64,000 nt of DNA from an uncultured Eubacteriales bacterium (GTDB lineage: Bacteria; Bacillota; Clostridia; Oscillospirales; Ruminococcaceae). The translations under genes were made by a program, and so were the position numbers. The notes beneath the pieces are model-generated. The model was not told the origin of the DNA, searched no databases, and saw only the letters and a program-made list of their open reading frames with translations. Shown in pieces: positions 57,357-64,000 of the stretch (the stretch's first letter is position 1; each line of letters starts with the position of its first letter). The DNA lies in the NCBI GenBank assembly GCA_900319075.1, contig ONMZ01000004.1, forward strand, positions 2,357 through 66,356, in the 5' to 3' direction.

Positions 57357-58640
57357 ATGCTGGATATAAAACTGGTGCGTACAAATCCGGAGCTTGTTAA
57401 GGAAAATATCAAAAAGAAGTTCCAGGACGAAAAGCTGGTGCTTGTTGACGAGGTCCTGGATCTTGATACAAAGTTCAGAGCAGCCAAGACAAGATGCGAC
57501 GAGCTGCGTAATAAAAGAAAGGTAATGTCCAAACAGATCGGCGGACTTATGGGCAAAGGACTTAAAGACGAAGCAGAAAAGGTCAAAAGCGAGGTAAGTG
57601 CCATCGGCGCAGAGCTTGAACAGCTGGAAAAGGACGAGACTGCTTACGAGGCACAGATCCGTGAGAGAATGCTTGTTATCCCAAACATTATAGATGACAG
57701 CGTGCCTATCGGCAAGGACGACAGCGAGAATGTTGAGATCGAGCGTTTTGGAGAGCCTGTTGTTCCCGACTTTGAGGTACCATACCATGTTGACATAATG
57801 GAGAAGTTCGACGGCATTGATCTTGATGCTGCAAGAAGGACATCCGGCAATGGTTTTTACTATCTTAAAGGTGACATTGCAAGGCTTCATTCGGCAATTC
57901 TTTCCTATGCAAGAGATTTTATGATCGACAGAGGGTTCACCTATTATATTCCGCCTTTTATGATCAGATCGGATGTTGTTACAGGGGTCATGAGCTTTGC
58001 GGAAATGGAAAATATGATGTACAAGATAGAGGGCGAGGATCTTTATCTTATCGGCACATCTGAACATTCCATGATAGGCAAGTTCATTGATACCATTACC
58101 CCGGAGAGCGAGCTTCCAAAGACGCTCACAAGCTACTCGCCTTGTTTCAGAAAAGAGGTAGGCGCACACGGCATCGAAGAGCGTGGCGTATACAGGATAC
58201 ATCAGTTTGAAAAGCAGGAAATGATAGTTGTCTGCAAGCCTGAGGATTCGATGAAGTGGTATGATAAGCTGTGGCAGAACAGCGTTGATTTCTTCCGCAG
58301 TCTTGATATCCCCGTCAGAACGCTGGAGTGCTGCTCGGGCGACCTGGCAGACCTGAAGGTAAAGAGCTGTGATGTTGAGGCATGGAGCCCAAGACAGCAA
58401 AAGTACTTTGAGGTAGGTTCCTGCTCCAATCTTGGCGACGCACAGGCAAGAAGACTTGCCATAAGGATAAAGGGAGCAGACGGTCAGAAATACTTTGCAC
58501 ACACCCTTAACAACACCGTTGTTGCACCGCCGAGAATGCTGATAGCATTTCTTGAAAACAACCTCAAGGCGGATGGCAGCGTAGCTATCCCCGAGCCTTT
58601 GAGAATGTATATGGGCGGCAAGGACAAGCTTTCAAAATAA
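57357..58640 (+). CDS. serS: Serine--tRNA ligase
   Basis: MLDIK..R coiled coil, LIGTSE, CFRKE.G, RIHQFEKQE, EVGSCSN, AHTLN. Confidence 0.97.
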   Translation: MLDIKLVRTNPELVKENIKKKFQDEKLVLVDEVLDLDTKFRAAKTRCDELRNKRKVMSKQIGGLMGKGLKDEAEKVKSEVSAIGAELEQLEKDETAYEAQIRERMLVIPNIIDDSVPIGKDDSENVEIERFGEPVVPDFEVPYHVDIMEKFDGIDLDAARRTSGNGFYYLKGDIARLHSAILSYARDFMIDRGFTYYIPPFMIRSDVVTGVMSFAEMENMMYKIEGEDLYLIGTSEHSMIGKFIDTITPESELPKTLTSYSPCFRKEVGAHGIEERGVYRIHQFEKQEMIVVCKPEDSMKWYDKLWQNSVDFFRSLDIPVRTLECCSGDLADLKVKSCDVEAWSPRQQKYFEVGSCSNLGDAQARRLAIRIKGADGQKYFAHTLNNTVVAPPRMLIAFLENNLKADGSVAIPEPLRMYMGGKDKLSK

Positions 58641-58656
58641 GCGAATATAAATAAAT

Positions 58657-58694
58657 ATCCCTCTCTTGTCTTTACAGGCAAGGGAGGGATTTTG
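58657..58694 (+). terminator. serS terminator
   Basis: ATCCCTCTCTTGTC-loop-GGCAAGGGAGGGAT followed by T-rich tail. Confidence 0.75.
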
Positions 58695-58776
58695 TTTATC
58701 TTATGTTGTTTTTATGGTGCACAGCACAAAAAAGCGGCAGAACTAACTCTGCCGCATAATTCATGTGTTTATGTAT

Positions 58777-59331
58777 TTAGGAAATGCCTGTCCATACCGT
58801 TCCTGCCTTGGTGCTTCCCTCGGTAGCCTTTGTGGTTGCTTTTGTGGTAGCCTTGGTAGTAGTCGCAGGACGGGGAGTGGTTGTCGTAGGCTTAGCTGTG
58901 GCCTTTGTGGTTGCCTTGGTTGTGGTGGCAGCCTTGGTTGTTGTGGTGGCAGCTTTAGTGGTAGTTGACGCATAAGTCCTTGAGCTTGGCTGTGTCCATA
59001 CCTGCTTTTGAGTCTTTTGCTGTGTAGCAGATTCCATCTGCTGAGCTATGGTAGACTTCTTTGTGGTAGTGGTGGTTTCTTTATTCTGTGTTTCGGCGCT
59101 CTTTGTGGTGGTTGTGACCTGACTTTGAGCCTGGGGAAGATCAACTTTCCAATCACCGTTATTTTCGCTCTGCTTTGCGTCGCCGCTCAGAGATTCAGCG
59201 GTGCGGATAACCTCGATCTCCTCAACATCAGGAGAATCTTTATCGCTGGTGGTGTCTTTTGCACAGCCTGCAAAAAGGCAAAGTGCCAGACCTGCAGACA
59301 GGATCGAAGCAAAAAGTTTTGTTGTTTTCAT
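58777..59331 (-). CDS. Thr/Lys-rich low-complexity lipoprotein
   Basis: Lipobox LFAGC; repeats of (A)TTTKA; AAGGGAG SD; own TTGCAA-17-TATAAT promoter. Confidence 0.8.
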   Translation of the reverse strand: MKTTKLFASILSAGLALCLFAGCAKDTTSDKDSPDVEEIEVIRTAESLSGDAKQSENNGDWKVDLPQAQSQVTTTTKSAETQNKETTTTTKKSTIAQQMESATQQKTQKQVWTQPSSRTYASTTTKAATTTTKAATTTKATTKATAKPTTTTPRPATTTKATTKATTKATEGSTKAGTVWTGIS

Positions 59332-59540
59332 TTTTACACTCCCTTAAATATCTTTATCTTATAAGGTTTTTCACGTCGTTGTAAGTCACATTATAACACA
59401 TAGTTTCGCATTTTGCAAGCCTTTTTTCAAAAAAAAATAGCGGCAGATTTTTCCGCCGCTTTTTTATACCATATGTTGTATTTTTTCGTATTTTTCACCA
59501 CGTTATCTGCCGGGTGGGGTGAAAATCAGTTTTTGAGATC

Positions 59541-59900
59541 TTACTGATAATACTGCTGAGGCTGTGTATAAACAGGTGCCTGGGTGTATACAGGAGCCTG
59601 AGTGTACACCGGCTGAGTCCACTGTTCGGTGGGCTGTACCCACTGGGTCGTGGTGGCAGAGGTGGTTGTCGTGGTGGTAGTCGTAGTAGTTGTTGTGGAA
59701 GCAGTTGTCTTTTTTGTAGTCGATGCTTTTGAGCTGCTGTCTTTTTCTGAGCTGTCTTTGGTGGTGGTCTGCTGAGTAGCTATGGAATAGGTCTGCAGCT
59801 TTCCCGAGTACTGAGTCTTGTCACCGCATGAGGAAAAAGCACAAAGGGGAATGGTCAAAGCCGCTGCGGCAGCAATAATTTTTACCATTTTCATCTTCAT
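59541..59900 (-). CDS. Thr-rich lipoprotein with VYTQ(A)P repeats
   Basis: Lipobox AFSSC; poly-Thr; three VYTQ(A)P units; AAGGAG SD; own TTGAAT-17-TATACT promoter. Confidence 0.78.
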   Translation of the reverse strand: MKMKMVKIIAAAAALTIPLCAFSSCGDKTQYSGKLQTYSIATQQTTTKDSSEKDSSSKASTTKKTTASTTTTTTTTTTTTSATTTQWVQPTEQWTQPVYTQAPVYTQAPVYTQPQQYYQ

Positions 59901-60041
59901 CGTCCGGAATACTCCTTACATCATAATTTTTGTCGCTTTTTTCCGCCGCTTTCGGCGGTCGTTCGCAGCACTGAGATATAGTATAACATAATATTACAAA
60001 AAATTCAAGTATCCCGGCAAAATACTCCAAGGGGCGATCTT

Positions 60042-60812
60042 TTACACTCTGCGCCTTCCTATAAGAACTACGCCCAGCACCCCGGCGCCAGCGCAAACCG
60101 TCCCCGCTATGATAATAGCAGGGATAATATCCGCAACGCTTGTTTTGCCCGTGCAAATATTCATACTGTTTGTAAGCGCAGAGGGAAGATATTTGTCTGC
60201 GGTCTTGACGATGCTCATAAGCTTAAACGAAAAAACAACACAGCCTGTGCCTATCATCACCTGTACATGGGTGCGGACAAAGGAGGAGAAAAAGAACATC
60301 AGGCATATGACCATGACCGAGAACAGCCACCAAAGCAGCACCGCAGGTATAACGCTCTGTACCGAGTCATCCTTCCAGTAATAAGCGGTATAGCCGTATG
60401 TTATGCCAAAGCACAGCCAATAGCCTGCCGACCATGTTATCAGCGCACTTATGAGTTTTGAAAGCATCATTGCCTTCCTTGAAAGGCCCTTGGTGAGAAG
60501 GGGTATAACGCTGCCGCTTGAAAACTCGCTTGTTACGCTGCCTGCAAAGACCACGAAAAAGACGATCAGTATTATGGACAGATTGCTGAAAAACTGCTCG
60601 TAGGAGCTTGCAGCGGTAGAGGTAATGTCCTTGATGATGATACCTTGCTGTTCAAGTTCCCCTGACATCATTTTAAAAAGCGCCGGGGTTAGCTTTGCGG
60701 TTGCGGGAGCCAATATGCCAAAGAACACGAAAAGTATGCCGAAAAGCAGCAGTCTGCCCTTGCGGTAAAGCTCGAAAAACTCCTTTTTCAGAAAGGGTGA
60801 AAAGCCGTTCAT
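60042..60812 (-). CDS. ABC-2 type permease
   Basis: KKEF.E..R, E...G...LLTKGLSR...SK; about 6 TM. Confidence 0.88.
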   Translation of the reverse strand: MNGFSPFLKKEFFELYRKGRLLLFGILFVFFGILAPATAKLTPALFKMMSGELEQQGIIIKDITSTAASSYEQFFSNLSIILIVFFVVFAGSVTSEFSSGSVIPLLTKGLSRKAMMLSKLISALITWSAGYWLCFGITYGYTAYYWKDDSVQSVIPAVLLWWLFSVMVICLMFFFSSFVRTHVQVMIGTGCVVFSFKLMSIVKTADKYLPSALTNSMNICTGKTSVADIIPAIIIAGTVCAGAGVLGVVLIGRRRV

Positions 60813-61705
60813 TCGCCGATCACCTCCATAAAAAGCTGCTCCAGGTCAGGCTCGGCATGCTCGATCTTCAGCACAGGTATCCTGCTTTCGCTTATTGTTT
60901 TAAGTATGCCCAGCATCTTATCCTGTGATGCGTTTGCGACTATGACGGTGCCGCTGTGAACCTCACCGCCCAGCAGCTGAGCGATCCTTTGGGCATCATC
61001 TGCGCTGACAGGCACTATCTGTACATCGCTGCCCGAGCGCTTTGCTTTCAGCTCGCTTACCGTACCGCAAAGGACCGTCCTGCCCTTTTCGAGAATGGCA
61101 GCGTCATCGCATATCTTTTCAACGTCTGAAAGAATGTGCGTTGAGAAAATAACGCTTGTTTCGCCCTTTGCCGAGCTGATTATTTCAAGTATCTCTTTTC
61201 TGCCGAGAGGGTCAAGGGCGCTTGTTGGCTCGTCGCAGATAAGCAGCTTTGGTCTGTTGATAAGAGCCTGAGCGATGCCAAGGCGCTGTTTCATTCCCCG
61301 GGAATAGCCTTTGATACGGTGCTTTTCCCCTGCAAGCCCCACAAGCTCCAGAAGTTCGTTCGTGCGTAATCTTATCTCGCTTTGCTTCATACCCGTTACC
61401 CGGCCGCAAAGCCGCAGGTATTCTCTTGCGGTCATATAGCTGTAAAACTCCGGCACGTCGGGGAGATAGCCCACGAATTTGTTTGTGGGGGTATTGCCAT
61501 AGCGCACCCTTTCTCCGCAGATGGTGATCTCGCCGCTGTCTGCTTGCAGCAGCCCGAGAATTATTTTCATTGTAGTTGTTTTGCCTGCGCCGTTTCTGCC
61601 GATAAATCCGAACACGCTGCCCTCGCTCACCGAAAAGGTCAAGCCGTCCAGCACGGTCTTTGAGCCGAAGCTTTTGTGCAGGTCTTTAACTTCAAGCACG
61701 TTCAT
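60809..61705 (-). CDS. ABC exporter ATP-binding protein
   Basis: GRNGAGKTT, YSRGMKQRLGIAQAL, CDEPTSALDP, STHIL. Confidence 0.94.
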   Translation of the reverse strand: MNVLEVKDLHKSFGSKTVLDGLTFSVSEGSVFGFIGRNGAGKTTTMKIILGLLQADSGEITICGERVRYGNTPTNKFVGYLPDVPEFYSYMTAREYLRLCGRVTGMKQSEIRLRTNELLELVGLAGEKHRIKGYSRGMKQRLGIAQALINRPKLLICDEPTSALDPLGRKEILEIISSAKGETSVIFSTHILSDVEKICDDAAILEKGRTVLCGTVSELKAKRSGSDVQIVPVSADDAQRIAQLLGGEVHSGTVIVANASQDKMLGILKTISESRIPVLKIEHAEPDLEQLFMEVIGE

Positions 61706-61948
61706 TTATTCTTCCTCATCTTCCTCGTCGGTCTTGCCAAGCACAAAGTAGAGGATAGGTCCGATGATGTTCACAAGCAATGTCAGAATGACCCACAAGG
61801 CTCTGTTGCCTGTTTTGTATTTTTTGTGCCTTAAAATGCTTATAAGTGCGCCTACGGTAAGACCCAGCTGCAAAACTGCGATGGGTATAAGAAAAGGAAG
61901 GTACTCTTTGATCTCCTCAAGATCATTTATCTGTGCAAGAATATTCAT
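61706..61948 (-). CDS. PLDc_N-domain small membrane protein
   Basis: LPFLIP...AL..I.R...W.....NIIGPILYF..GK. Confidence 0.85.
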   Translation of the reverse strand: MNILAQINDLEEIKEYLPFLIPIAVLQLGLTVGALISILRHKKYKTGNRALWVILTLLVNIIGPILYFVLGKTDEEDEEE

Positions 61949-61963
61949 TGTTGTTTCCCCCTG

Positions 61964-62587
61964 TTATTCTTCATTTTTTGTAAGTGTTTTTTTGCACCAG
62001 CCTTTTTTGCGGCAGTGCGGACAAACCATTTTTCTTGTTCTGCCAATGTGCTGAGAGAAGTATGTCTGTTTCAGCGACGGCACGAAGGTATGCTTGCAGT
62101 GCGGGCACTCGTAGTAGCCTGCGGTCTGCTCTATCTTTATGCAAACGTGCATTGATACTGCAAAAATGATAAATCCCACCGCACACATAGCTATGCGCCA
62201 CCCCTGCGCAAGCCCGGGCACGTATGCTCCGAAAAGCAGCATTACAATAAAAGCCACCGTGGAGATAGTACCGATGACCACTTCCATAAACAGCATATTC
62301 TTATTTGCCTTTTCTTCACTTTCTTTGAGTGCGAGAATGTTTTTTTCCGCCTGTTCGTTATAATTCGTCATATCAAGTTTTTCCCCGCTGAGCAGTTCGT
62401 TGACGTTTATCCCAAGCTGCTCGCAAAGCTCAAGCATTATTGACGCATCGGGAACGCTTTTACCTGTTTCCCATTTGGAAACCGCCCTGTCGGTGATGCC
62501 GAATTTTTCTGCAAGCTGAGCCTGAGTAAGTCCTTTTTCTTTTCGGCAAGCACTTATAAATTTGCCGATCTTTATCATATCTATCAT
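61964..62587 (-). CDS. Membrane-anchored XRE regulator with C-terminal zinc ribbon
   Basis: IGKFI...RKEKGLTQ.QLAE...TDRAVSKWETG; 2 TM; CPHC...CPHC; GGAGG SD before ATG 62587. Confidence 0.9.
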   Translation of the reverse strand: MIDMIKIGKFISACRKEKGLTQAQLAEKFGITDRAVSKWETGKSVPDASIMLELCEQLGINVNELLSGEKLDMTNYNEQAEKNILALKESEEKANKNMLFMEVVIGTISTVAFIVMLLFGAYVPGLAQGWRIAMCAVGFIIFAVSMHVCIKIEQTAGYYECPHCKHTFVPSLKQTYFSQHIGRTRKMVCPHCRKKGWCKKTLTKNEE

Positions 62588-62696
62588 GCGGGGAGATCCT
62601 CCTTCCGTGTACCAATAGTAGCACACGAATAGTAAAATGTAAACAAACTTGTGGTTGAAAACAACGTAAATACGTCACTCTACCGCTGGTTGAGTT

Positions 62697-62957
62697 AATA
62701 ATAACAGGTTTTTTGGTCGTGATGTCAAGCCATAATGGCTTGAGGAAAGTTTGCCCGAACTTCTCATAGGGAACGCCCTCTCTTGCAGGGCGTTCCCTCT
62801 TTCAAAACAGTCCACCGGACTGTTTTGAAATTCACCCTTTGCGGAGCGCCTAACGGCACAGGGCGTTTCGCCGTCTGCGGACGGCGACAAGGGCGCTGCC
62901 CTTGACCCGCAAGCCTTTTTTACGAGAAAAGGCTTGACCGAAAAACCTGTTATTATT
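62697..62957. mobile_element. MITE/REPIN-like non-autonomous element with 22-bp terminal inverted repeats
   Basis: AATAATAACAGGTTTTTTGGTC ... GACCGAAAAACCTGTTATTATT (21/22 match); six internal hairpins; no credible ORF. Confidence 0.7.
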
Positions 62958-63004
62958 GGTGAATAAACAAAGAAAAGCCGAGATCTCTCTCGGCTTTGTA
63001 TTTA

Positions 63005-64000
<996 letters not shown>

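Noticed and set aside
57318-58502. 394-aa ORF antisense to serS
   Set aside because: Explained by codon bias of a highly expressed gene; no recognisable domain or SD.
62675-62890. 71-aa ORF inside the TIR element
   Set aside because: Translation of palindromic repeat sequence, with no transposase motifs.

Overview
Chromosomal window from an anaerobic Firmicute, most likely Oscillospiraceae/Ruminococcus-like (inferred from gene content, sigma-A promoters and SD motifs). It is mostly core genes: apbE-rnfCDGEAB, type III glutamine synthetase, a complete V/A-type ATPase operon, ACT-hom, a sugar-binding/GGDEF protein, reverse rubrerythrin, a MutS-domain-V ATPase, alaA, a long + strand run (zapA, U32, dut, rsmI, rimI, tsaD, polA, cheR/B/W) with accessory genes interleaved, a NarL-type two-component system with an ABC exporter, murC-lexA, serS, two Thr-rich lipoproteins, a second ABC exporter and partial guaB. 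I saw no rRNA, tRNA, CRISPR array, transposase, integrase or phage genes. The most unusual signal is non-coding. Two related REPIN-like elements (12207-12554, 43924-44137) are long imperfect palindromes whose distal arm is a transition-rich inverted copy of the proximal arm, extending into the last codons of the upstream gene. One copy's mirror arm skips internal hairpins. Further copies of the same hairpin sit just before accessory genes. Other points of note: a LexA-like box on a murC-lexA-zinc-ribbon operon, a Rex-like box on the V-ATPase promoter, a probable ATT start codon, convergent promoters around an XRE gene, and an unknown 478-aa protein with AABB internal repeats. All calls were made by eye; no database searches were run.
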